A stretch of 64,000 bases of DNA from an uncultured Planctomycetota bacterium (GTDB taxonomy: Bacteria > Planctomycetota > Planctomycetia > Isosphaerales > Isosphaeraceae): the NCBI GenBank assembly GCA_963823665.1, contig CAWGMQ010000008.1, forward strand, positions 448,001 through 512,000, written 5' to 3'. Of the stretch, positions 32,329-41,105 are shown piece after piece. How positions within the stretch are numbered: the stretch's first letter is position 1; every line of letters begins with the position of its first letter. The translations under genes and the position numbers were made by a program. The notes under the pieces are model-generated. The model worked only from the letters and a program-made list of their open reading frames with translations. It had not been told where the DNA came from and made no database searches.

Positions 32329-35297
32329 AGCTTCACTTCGAACCCAACCTCGACTATCAGCTCGCCGCCATCGAATCGGTGTGCGACCTGTTCCGTGGGC
32401 AGGAAATCTGCCGGTCGGAGTTCACCGTCACCCAAGACTTCGGTGGCCGCCAAGCGGCCCTCGCCGGGCTGGAGAACGACCTCGGCATCGGCAACAGGTT
32501 GACGCTGCTCGACGACGAGATCCTCGGCAATCTCAACGATGTACAGCTTCGCAATGGACTGCGGCCGTCCGAATCGATCGACTCGGGCGACTTCACCGTG
32601 GAGATGGAGACCGGCACGGGCAAGACGTACGTCTATATACGCACGATCTTCGAGCTGAACCGGCGATTCGGGTTTACCAAGTTCGTGATTGTGGTTCCTT
32701 CGGTTGCCATCAAAGAGGGGGTGTACAAGTCCCTGCAAATCACGGAGGAGCACTTTCGAAGCCTCTATGCCAATGCGCCGTTTGAGTATTTCCTCTACGA
32801 TTCCGCGAAGCTCGGCCAGGTGCGGAATTTCGCCACGAGTCCGCAGATCCAGATCATGGTGGTGACGGTCGGTGCGATCAACAAGCAGGATGTCAACAAC
32901 CTCTACAAGGAGAGTGAGAAGACCGGCGGCGAGAGGCCGATCGACTTGATCCGGGCGACGCGGCCGATCGTGATCGTTGACGAGCCGCAAAGCGTTGACG
33001 GTGGCCTAGCGGGGCGCGGAAAGGAAGCGCTGGGCTTGATGAATCCGCTCTGCACCCTGCGTTACTCGGCGACACACGTTGACAAGCACCACATGGTGTT
33101 CCGGCTCGATGCCGTGGACGCCTACGATCGCAAGCTAGTGAAGCAGATCGAGGTGGCGGCGGCGGGTGTCGAGGGCGATCACAACAAGCCGTTCATCCGG
33201 TTCGTGTCGGCCGCGAATAAACGGGGTGCGATTTCCGCGAAGGTTGAGCTGGATGTTCAGCGCGTGAACCGGGTGAGCCGCGAAGAGAAGAGCGTCCGCG
33301 ACAACGATGACCTTCAGCAGATCACGGGACGCGCGGTTTATGCGAACTGCCGGATTGGCGAGATTCGCGTGGAGAAGGGGAAGGAGCTCTTGGAAATCAA
33401 GGTTCCGGGAACGGAGCACTGGCTGCAACCGGGGCAGGCGTTTGGCGGTGCCGATGAGTCGATCAAGCGCCAGATGATCCGCCGTACGATCAAGGAACAC
33501 CTCGATAAGGAGATGCGGCTGGCAACGCATAATACTAAGGTGTTGAGCCTGTTCTTTGTTGATAGGGTCGATCGCTATCGCAAGTACGATGACGAAGGCA
33601 ACCCGCAGAAGGGCGACTATGCGGTCTGGTTCGAGGAAGAATATCGCCGGCTGGCGCGGCATCCGGATTATCGAAGTCTGTTCAAGCAGGTCGATGTGCA
33701 GACCGACGCGGCCCAGGTGCACGACGGGTATTTCTCGCTGGATAAGAAGGGGACGTGGTCGGACACAGCGGAAAACAACCAGGGCAACCGCGATAATGCC
33801 GAGCGTGCGTACAACCTGATCATGAAAGACAAGGAAAGGCTGCTGAGCTTCGAGACCAGGCTGAAATTCATTTTTTCGCACTCGGCGCTGCGAGAGGGCT
33901 GGGATAATCCGAATGTCTTTCAGATCTGCGCGCTGCGGGAGATGGGAACCGAGCGGGAGCGCCGACAGACGATTGGCCGCGGGTTGCGGCTCTGCGTGAA
34001 CCAGGAGGGCGCGCGGCTGAGGGGCTTTGACGTGAACACGCTGACGGTCATCGCCACCGAGAGCTACGAGAAGTTCGCCGAGAGCCATCAGAAAGAAATC
34101 GAGCAGGACACGGGGATCCACTTCGGAATCGTTGAGAAGCACCAGTTTGCCGCCATCCCGGTGACCGATGTGTCGGGTCGCACGGTCGCGGTGGGGGTGA
34201 GCCAGTCCGAAGCGATCTGGAACTACTTGAAAGAGACCGGGATGGTCGACGCGAGGGGCAAGGTGCAAGACCGGCTAAGACAGGCGCTCAAGGACGACAG
34301 TTTCACGCTGCCGGACTCGTTTACCGCGCCGCTGGGGCAGGTCAAGGAAGTGCTTCGGAAACTGGCTGGGAAGCTCGAGATCAAAAATGCCGACGAACGA
34401 GTTCAGGTCAAGACGCGTCAGGCGATCCTGCATAGTGAGGAGTTCAAGGCGCTGTGGGACCGCATCAAGCACAAGACGACATACCGCGTGGAGTTTGACA
34501 ACGAGCGGCTGGTCCGAGATTGCGTCAGGGCGATCAGAAATGCTCCGCCGATCACGAAGACGCGTCTGACATGGCGAAGCGCCGATCTGGCGATCGGCAG
34601 GGCGGGCGTCGAGGCGACGGAGACCTCGGTGTCGGCCCCGATCATCATCGAGGAGCACGACCTGGAGCTTCCGGACTTGCTGACGGACCTCCAGGACAAG
34701 ACGCAGCTCACGCGGAGGAGCATCGTGCGGATCTTGACCGCAAGCGAACGGCTTGAAGATTTCAAGAAGAACCCGCAGGAGTTCATCGAGATCGCGGCCG
34801 AGGCCATCAACCGCGCCAAGCGGCTGGCGATCGTGGACGGCATCAAGTATCAGCGCATCGGCGACGCGGAATACTACGCGCAGGAGTTATTCGAGCAGGA
34901 GGAGTTGAGCGGTTACTTGAAGAACGTGCTCGCCGTCACGAGATCGGTCCACGAATACGTGATTCACGATTCGGACGTCGAGAGATCTTTCGCGGATCAG
35001 ATGGAAATTAGCGAGGCGGTGAAGGTCTATGCCAAGCTCCCAGGCTGGTTCACGGTGTCCACGCCATTGGGCCCGTACAATCCCGACTGGGCAGTGCTCG
35101 TTGAAAAGGACGGGGCCGAGCGACTTTATCTGGTGGTGGAGACGAAGGGCAGCCTGTTTGCGGATGATCTTCGGGACCGGGAGAGTGCGAAGATCAAGTG
35201 CGGGGAAGAGCACTTCAGGGCGTTGGCTGTTGGGGAGAATCCGGCTCGGTTTCTGAAGGCAACGAAGCTGGATGACCTGTTCTCGCAGTCACCGTAG
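32325..35297 (+). CDS. res: Type III restriction endonuclease Res
   Basis: EMETGTGKT, IVDEPQ, RYSATH, LREGWDNPNVFQIC, QTIGRGLR, C-terminal YNPDWA...VVETKG nuclease motif; intact 990 aa. Confidence 0.93.
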   Translation: MKLHFEPNLDYQLAAIESVCDLFRGQEICRSEFTVTQDFGGRQAALAGLENDLGIGNRLTLLDDEILGNLNDVQLRNGLRPSESIDSGDFTVEMETGTGKTYVYIRTIFELNRRFGFTKFVIVVPSVAIKEGVYKSLQITEEHFRSLYANAPFEYFLYDSAKLGQVRNFATSPQIQIMVVTVGAINKQDVNNLYKESEKTGGERPIDLIRATRPIVIVDEPQSVDGGLAGRGKEALGLMNPLCTLRYSATHVDKHHMVFRLDAVDAYDRKLVKQIEVAAAGVEGDHNKPFIRFVSAANKRGAISAKVELDVQRVNRVSREEKSVRDNDDLQQITGRAVYANCRIGEIRVEKGKELLEIKVPGTEHWLQPGQAFGGADESIKRQMIRRTIKEHLDKEMRLATHNTKVLSLFFVDRVDRYRKYDDEGNPQKGDYAVWFEEEYRRLARHPDYRSLFKQVDVQTDAAQVHDGYFSLDKKGTWSDTAENNQGNRDNAERAYNLIMKDKERLLSFETRLKFIFSHSALREGWDNPNVFQICALREMGTERERRQTIGRGLRLCVNQEGARLRGFDVNTLTVIATESYEKFAESHQKEIEQDTGIHFGIVEKHQFAAIPVTDVSGRTVAVGVSQSEAIWNYLKETGMVDARGKVQDRLRQALKDDSFTLPDSFTAPLGQVKEVLRKLAGKLEIKNADERVQVKTRQAILHSEEFKALWDRIKHKTTYRVEFDNERLVRDCVRAIRNAPPITKTRLTWRSADLAIGRAGVEATETSVSAPIIIEEHDLELPDLLTDLQDKTQLTRRSIVRILTASERLEDFKKNPQEFIEIAAEAINRAKRLAIVDGIKYQRIGDAEYYAQELFEQEELSGYLKNVLAVTRSVHEYVIHDSDVERSFADQMEISEAVKVYAKLPGWFTVSTPLGPYNPDWAVLVEKDGAERLYLVVETKGSLFADDLRDRESAKIKCGEEHFRALAVGENPARFLKATKLDDLFSQSP

Positions 35298-35380
35298 CCA
35301 TTTGCGACAGCCTTGCTCGCGCGGAAGCGCGCTTCGAAGTCGTCGAATGACCGATGAAATGGGCGACTGGACCAATTCCG

Positions 35381-37612
35381 ATGAGATTCGCACACGTTAC
35401 TATCGAGAACTACAAAGGCCTGCGCAGCGTCTCAATCCCATTCTCGCAATTTGTCTGCCTTATTGGCCAAAACAACGCGGGCAAGTCTTCGCTCCTTCAG
35501 GCTGTGCTGCTGCTCATTGAAGGGAAGAAGATTCCCCTCGCATCCTTCTACGACCAGAACTGCGATGTCGTAATTCGGGCCGATCTGGAGGGCATCAGCG
35601 AAGACGACCTATCTCTGGTTGTGAACTTTGAGCACCGGGCGCGGGTTCGCGACGTCGTTGTCGATGGACGACTTTCGCTCGTACGGCGCTATTCTAGCGA
35701 CGGTACTGTACGGCTCCGTTGGATCACCCATGAGCCGAACGAACCGCGATTCGCCGCCGCGGCGCGCGAGGAATTGACCAAAAGCCAACGACCAGGCAAT
35801 GCGTTCGTGGCGAGGGTGATAACAGCGTTTCCGGAACTCGCCGAAAAGCTCAGTGCCACGACGACCGTTGCCGGAGCGCGGAAACTGATCGATGAGCTTG
35901 CAAAGTCACTCCCGGCGGATCAAAAGAAAGAGGTCGAGTCCGACGTAGGCACCGGCATCGATGGCAGCGTCCGCTCGATCCTCCCCGAGCCGATCTACAT
36001 CCCGGCGGTCAAGGACTTTCTCGACGACATCAAAACCAGAGAAGGAACGTCGTTTGGCAAATTGCTCGGCATGCTTCTGGGCGCGATTGGCCCCGAACTT
36101 AGCGAAACGGAGCAGACATTTCAAACATTGAACGAGCGGCTGAATATCACGTTCGACGCGAGTGGGTCACCGGTCGACAATCGCCTCGATCCGGTCCGCC
36201 GGGTTGAGATGTCCATCCACGCATACGTTCAAGAACAATTCCCGCTCGTTGACATCAAACTGAAAATTCCCCCGCCCGAGCTCAAGACGATTCTGTCGAG
36301 CGCAAAAATCGTCGTTGACGACGGCGTCGCGGGCGACCTCGAAACGAAGGGCGATGGCCTCAAGCGCTCGGTCACTTTCGCAATTCTTCGAGCTTACGCC
36401 AGTCTTAAGCGCGACCCAGGCATCGCCCAGGGTAAAAGATCCTCCGGCTACATTCTCATTTTTGAGGAGCCAGAACTCTACCTGCACCCAACCGCGCAGC
36501 AGATCCTCTTCGACGCGCTGTACACCATCTCGCGGACGGATCAAGTCGTGATCAGCACGCACTCACCTCTGTTTTTCTCGCCCGATGCCACGGGGACCTT
36601 CGTCAAGATCGTGAAACAGCCAGGCGAGACGGCGACATCGCGTCCTTTCTCGACTGCGTTCCCAATCGACTTAACCGAAGTCGACCAGCGATCCCGCTTT
36701 CACATAATCAGCTACGACACGAGCAACCAAGCCTTCTTTTTCTCCACGGTTCTCCTAGTTGAGGGCATGAGCGACCACCTCCTTTTTCCGCACCTGGCGC
36801 GCTCGATGAATCCCGACTGGTGCGTGAACAAGCATGGGGTTGCGTTATGCAGAGTGAACGGAAAGGGAAGCATCCGCCGTTACCGTTCGTTTTTCTCGAA
36901 GTTCGACGTCCGGATTGTGGTCTTGGCCGATTTGGACTGTCTGATCGACGGTTTCGATCATCTAGGGGCCAATGTCTCGTGTGTCGAAAAACGAGCGCGG
37001 CTTCTCGAGGCCATCGATTCCGTTCTCAAACCGGAGTGGGCTCGCGCGCGAGGGTCGGCCAGGGAATCAGCCGGTTTGCCGCCATTTACTGAGGGATACC
37101 GAGAGATGATTCGGAGCGGTGTTCTCAAACCCATAAGCAATGATACTATCCGGGAGATATACGACTCTGCCCACAAGAGGGAATCGTGGATAGAACTCGT
37201 CGCTCTTTACGATCAATGTCTCGCGGGCGGCTGCACGCTCGCGGACTTCAAGCAAGCCGGAGATGCGTTCTTCTCGCGGCAGGTTTCGAAGGATCGTCGC
37301 ACTGTGCTGGAAGGTCATGCCACGCCGGAGATCGATCGTCTGAAGCACGAACTTCTGATCATGCTGCGTCAGTCCGACATACTACTTCTGAGCAGGGGAC
37401 CGATCGAAGCGTACCTGCCCGAGGATTGCAAAAGCGCCGACAAGCCGACGCAGGCCTTACGGGTTCGGGAAGTTCTTCGGGACGCCCAATCCATTCGGGC
37501 ACTTTGGGGCGAGGTGCCGATCGCAGGTGACGGGGCTCGGCAAAATGAGCTGGAGCACATCTGCGAGTTAGTTTTTGAAGCTGAGGGCCGTCGAAACACT
37601 CCCTCTTGTTGA
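35381..37612 (+). CDS. OLD-family ATP-dependent nuclease (ABC ATPase + TOPRIM)
   Basis: IENYKGLR, GQNNAGKS (Walker A), GDGLKR, FEEPELYLHP (Walker B), STHSP, TOPRIM VEG.SD and DLD. Confidence 0.88.
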   Translation: MRFAHVTIENYKGLRSVSIPFSQFVCLIGQNNAGKSSLLQAVLLLIEGKKIPLASFYDQNCDVVIRADLEGISEDDLSLVVNFEHRARVRDVVVDGRLSLVRRYSSDGTVRLRWITHEPNEPRFAAAAREELTKSQRPGNAFVARVITAFPELAEKLSATTTVAGARKLIDELAKSLPADQKKEVESDVGTGIDGSVRSILPEPIYIPAVKDFLDDIKTREGTSFGKLLGMLLGAIGPELSETEQTFQTLNERLNITFDASGSPVDNRLDPVRRVEMSIHAYVQEQFPLVDIKLKIPPPELKTILSSAKIVVDDGVAGDLETKGDGLKRSVTFAILRAYASLKRDPGIAQGKRSSGYILIFEEPELYLHPTAQQILFDALYTISRTDQVVISTHSPLFFSPDATGTFVKIVKQPGETATSRPFSTAFPIDLTEVDQRSRFHIISYDTSNQAFFFSTVLLVEGMSDHLLFPHLARSMNPDWCVNKHGVALCRVNGKGSIRRYRSFFSKFDVRIVVLADLDCLIDGFDHLGANVSCVEKRARLLEAIDSVLKPEWARARGSARESAGLPPFTEGYREMIRSGVLKPISNDTIREIYDSAHKRESWIELVALYDQCLAGGCTLADFKQAGDAFFSRQVSKDRRTVLEGHATPEIDRLKHELLIMLRQSDILLLSRGPIEAYLPEDCKSADKPTQALRVREVLRDAQSIRALWGEVPIAGDGARQNELEHICELVFEAEGRRNTPSC

Positions 37613-37906
37613 GGCATGGCGCCGACGATGGGACGCGATAGGTTAGGCGGCGATCCCCGAAACCAGTGCGCCCGTTCCGTGCCTTTGCCCAGGTTCGTCC
37701 GCATCCGGAGGTCAGCTAGCTCGTCGTCAACGCCGAGCGTACGCCCCTCTCGCTGTCGCACGTGCCGAACACAGGTGCAATGGGGTTCATCCATTTGGAT
37801 GGAGCTTCCGTTTTAAGCGGCGATAGAGCATGAGACCGGTAGCCTTTCGCGATGCGGGACGCGCGATGTTAAAGCGTGTGTGCGGATTGCGGTCGTGTCC
37901 GGAGGG

Positions 37907-37968
37907 ACCCTCACCCCGGCTCTCTGCCGGATGGGACCTCACCCCGGCCCTCTCCCGGTGGGAGAGGA
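37907..37968. repeat. REP-like CCTCACCCCGGC(C)CTCTC units
   Basis: Two tandem copies, the second closing the hairpin CCTCTCCC..GGGAGAGG. Confidence 0.6.
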
Positions 37969-38045
37969 AGAGCGAGCGGTTGGTCGTCGCCGGATTCCTC
38001 AACAGGTCCTGGATTTTGCGGCACGTTGGATTCGCAGACACGCTC

Positions 38046-38495
38046 TCAGGAATTTCGCCGGTCGCCCCTCATCTGATTCGCAGTCGCGTACTCCTCCGCA
38101 AGGTCGAATCCAATGTCGGCGGTTGGATCGGTGATCTTGAACGCCGCATGCATGAGGCAGACCATGTGCAAGCCGCTAAAGCGTCCTGGCACGCTTCTGA
38201 GCTCGTATTTCTGAGTTGAGTCGTTGACGTCGAAGCCTTTCATTCCCCGCGTTGCGACCTCAAAGCCGATCTTCTTGACGTCTTGCTTTGACATTCCCGC
38301 AAAATTGTCGATCGCTCCGACGAGGTACATGACGGCGTCCATGCGCTCGGCGCAAGGGGTTTTGCTGCGGAATGTTTTCTGTATGTCCAGCACAGCCATG
38401 TTCTTGACGGACGAATCCTGGACGACCTGAACGGGACAGCCCGTCAGGGATTCGACTTCGTCGACAGTTCGCTTGACGGCGGTTTGTGGGTCCAT
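38046..38495 (-). pseudogene. Internally deleted hypothetical protein (N- and C-terminal parts joined)
   Basis: First 38 aa are nearly identical to the ORF starting at 40137, then it switches to RMDAVMYLVGA...IGFEVA..G..G.DVND...Y.L..VPG.FSGLH. Confidence 0.5.
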
Positions 38496-38555
38496 ATTGG
38501 CATTATCCTCGGGGCGCGGGGTTTTTCCCAGACGGGGCTATGAATGGGGTGGTCT
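38382..38555. repeat. Direct repeat, copy 1 (copy 2 at about 40024-40197)
   Basis: About 170 bp, mostly identical, offset about 1642 bp. Confidence 0.85.
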
Positions 38556-38845
38556 GGGCTGTTGAAAAGTGGGACTCGCTGACGAACTTCGCGCTGAGCG
38601 ATTCGGCGCTTTCTGTTGCGCCGCGGTTTTGTGAAGACGGCCGCCAGCACGGACCCCCCCTGGCCCTGGTGTGATGAAAAGAGGGCCAAATTGGCGAATT
38701 TCGGGGTCGACGAATCCGCGTTTTCTGTTGCGCGACGGTTTGGTGATTGCGGCCGCCGCTGGTCACCGATCCTCTCGGTCAGGAATTCTCGCAAGGTGAT
38801 CGTCAGCCTTGCCTTCGACTTACATCCTGCTTCAAGGTCCGGGGC

Positions 38846-39247
38846 TCAGGGCGTGAGCCAATCCTCCAGCCTGAGACCGGGGATGTTCTGGAAATCGGCC
38901 GTGTTGTGCGTCACGAGTGTAAGATCATAAACGAGTGCCACGGAACCAATCATCAGATCCACGGACGGCACCTCGATGCCAATTCGCCTGAGCTGGATCC
39001 GGACTCGTCCAAACTCGTTCGCACAATCCCGGTCGAAGTCCAGAACGCTCACCTCCTGGGAAAGCAATTCATCAATAGCGTTCAGAACCTTCGTCGGATC
39101 AGACCGGTTGTACGCCCAAACGAACAATTCGCCCAAGACGACGCTCGCCGTAAACAAACGGCCGGAATACTGGAAGAATCGGTGGGCCAAGGCCGAGGGA
39201 CGGCGCAAGTGAGCGGAGAGAATATTGGTGTCCCGGAGAAAGCTCAT
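38846..39247 (-). CDS. vapC: VapC PIN-domain toxin
   Basis: [21 protein letters not shown]...LTLVTHN.ADF..IPGL.LEDW. Confidence 0.9.
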   Translation of the reverse strand: MSFLRDTNILSAHLRRPSALAHRFFQYSGRLFTASVVLGELFVWAYNRSDPTKVLNAIDELLSQEVSVLDFDRDCANEFGRVRIQLRRIGIEVPSVDLMIGSVALVYDLTLVTHNTADFQNIPGLRLEDWLTP

Positions 39248-39552
39248 TCAGGGACCTCGCGCCGAGTTTCTCGCTTGCGGTCCCGATAGATCTCTTCCAG
39301 AATACGGTCATCCTCCTCCGTCCACGAATCCGCCAACATCCCTGCGGCCGTTCGCGTGGAACCAGGCTGCCACCCGGGAGGTGGTGGCGGAAGCCTTTTG
39401 GGTGCTTTGCCCGGCCTGATCTCCTCAGCGCACGGACCTGACACCGGCGAAGCCGTGACAATGAGTTCCACAGCTTGGCCGTCCAGCATGCCGAGATCCT
39501 CGCTGATCTCGATGGTTTTCCCATGGACCACCCCATGCACTACGCGGGTCAT
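39244..39552 (-). CDS. Putative antitoxin of vapC
   Basis: [28 protein letters not shown]...[16 protein letters not shown]; overlaps the vapC start. Confidence 0.65.
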   Translation of the reverse strand: MTRVVHGVVHGKTIEISEDLGMLDGQAVELIVTASPVSGPCAEEIRPGKAPKRLPPPPPGWQPGSTRTAAGMLADSWTEEDDRILEEIYRDRKRETRREVPE

Positions 39553-39761
39553 GGCTTGCCTCCTTTGCGTTGTCGGTGAATCTGCTCCATGGTCGAATCC
39601 CATTCGGTGTCGTCGGCGAGCGCGCCGGCCGTCCGTAGAATGCCATCGCCCCATTTTCGTGCCGGTCGGGCGATCGTTACCTGGACCTCGACCTCCAAGC
39701 CCTCGGCCACACCGAGGTCTTCATCGAGTTCGATGGTCTTGCCGTGGATCGTTTTCGTCAT
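39549..39761 (-). CDS. Second, paralogous putative antitoxin
   Basis: MTKTIHGKTIELDEDLGVAEG.EVEV...TAGALADD.EWD..MEQI.RQRK; GAGGA upstream; coupled to the next gene. Confidence 0.65.
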   Translation of the reverse strand: MTKTIHGKTIELDEDLGVAEGLEVEVQVTIARPARKWGDGILRTAGALADDTEWDSTMEQIHRQRKGGKP

Positions 39762-39837
39762 GGTCGGTTCCTCCTATTCGTCGTCGTCGGGTACGATTTT
39801 GCGCTGACGCTTCTTCGGTTTGGCCTCTTGGACGATG

Positions 39838-40137
39838 TCACGCAGGATGCAGATCCGATAGTCGTCCTCGGCTTCGATCTGCTGCTCGTCGGTCAAATCG
39901 CTGTTGTGGTGGAACGCCGAACGTCCGAAGAATGACCCCGCATTTGAAACATGTGAGGTAGGCAGCCGGCTCGGCGAAATTCGGATGGATTCGGATTCGG
40001 TGCAAGCGCATGGGGCCGCGAGAAATGTCCAGACGCGCCATGTTCTTGACGGATGAATCCTGGACGAGCTGAACGGGACAGCCTGTCAGGGATTCGACTT
40101 CATCGACAGATCGCTTGACGGCGGTTTGTGGGTCCAT
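39838..40137 (-). pseudogene. Truncated paralog of 38046-38495 (N-terminal part)
   Basis: [36 protein letters not shown]. Confidence 0.5.
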
Positions 40138-40474
40138 ATTGGCATTATCCTCGGGGCGCGGGGTTTTTCCCAGACTGCCATCTGAACGGGGTGGTCTCAG
40201 GCCGCTTTCACTGGGATTTTTTGATGGCGCCACGGCGCGGGTCGTCAGCGCAGTCGTCATCGTGTGCGATTAATCAGGGAACTGGGATGACCCGTCGCGG
40301 AGCGAAGGGCGACAATGGGGGATGTCAGATACCCACCGTTTGCCGAGCGTCGGGCACTTGCCTTCTGAGTTTCCGAAATCGTCAGAGGCCGTGGTTTCGC
40401 GCCGAACTTGCGAACCGCGAATGAATGGGTGCGGTGGACCGTGACAAGAGGATCACCCTTCTCGCGGCGGGCCA

Positions 40475-40592
40475 GAGTAAGAGTACCGAGTACGGGCGCT
40501 AGTGCGAGTAAGGATACGATTGGGATTATGATTATGATTATAATTATGAGTAAGATTAAGATTAAGATTATGATTAAGAGCAAGAGTCGGAG
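40475..40592. repeat. AT-rich hexamer-periodic tract
   Basis: (A(G/T)T(A/G)NG)n, e.g. ATTATG ATTATG ATTATA ATTATG AGTAAG ATTAAG ATTAAG. Confidence 0.8.
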
Positions 40593-41105
40593 TGGTGCGG
40601 TCGAGCGACCCTCAGTACGCGGCGGCTTGGACACACCCCCCTGGCCCCCCCTTTGCAAGGGGGGGAAAGGGCTGGGCGGGGGATGTCTGACACTCGCCGT
40701 TTGCCGAGCGTCGGGCGGTCGCGTGCGGCGTGTTCTTGATGACCAGAGCCCGTTGTTTTGCACCGTAGGTGTGAACTTGCGATCTGTTTCTGATCAATCC
40801 TGAATATGCAATAAGCTCGAAACGGTGCGCGCATCCGGTGCCCTATCGACATGTATTTCCGGAAGGATCGTCACGATCCGATCGCGTTCCCGGAAATGTC
40901 TTTCTTGAAGAACCGGAATTAGTTGCGTAGGCGAGAATCGTGCACCATATTGTGGTGGACGGGCGACCGGTCCGGGATGCCACGTCGTTCGGCGCGGGTG
41001 TTCGCGCTGCGGCATTCGGCGATTGGTCGTCTTTTCGGAGGGCACCGGCCGTGGCGGCAGCTCGCTGCTCGGGGTGCGCGCGATACATAGGGTTATGGTG
41101 ATGCG

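Noticed and set aside
35381..38050. Gabija or retron system around the OLD nuclease
   Set aside because: No UvrD gene, reverse transcriptase or msr-msd seen next to it.
40257..40763. ORF with a poly-Ile/Leu stretch resembling a membrane protein
   Set aside because: Simply the translation of the AT-rich hexamer tract.
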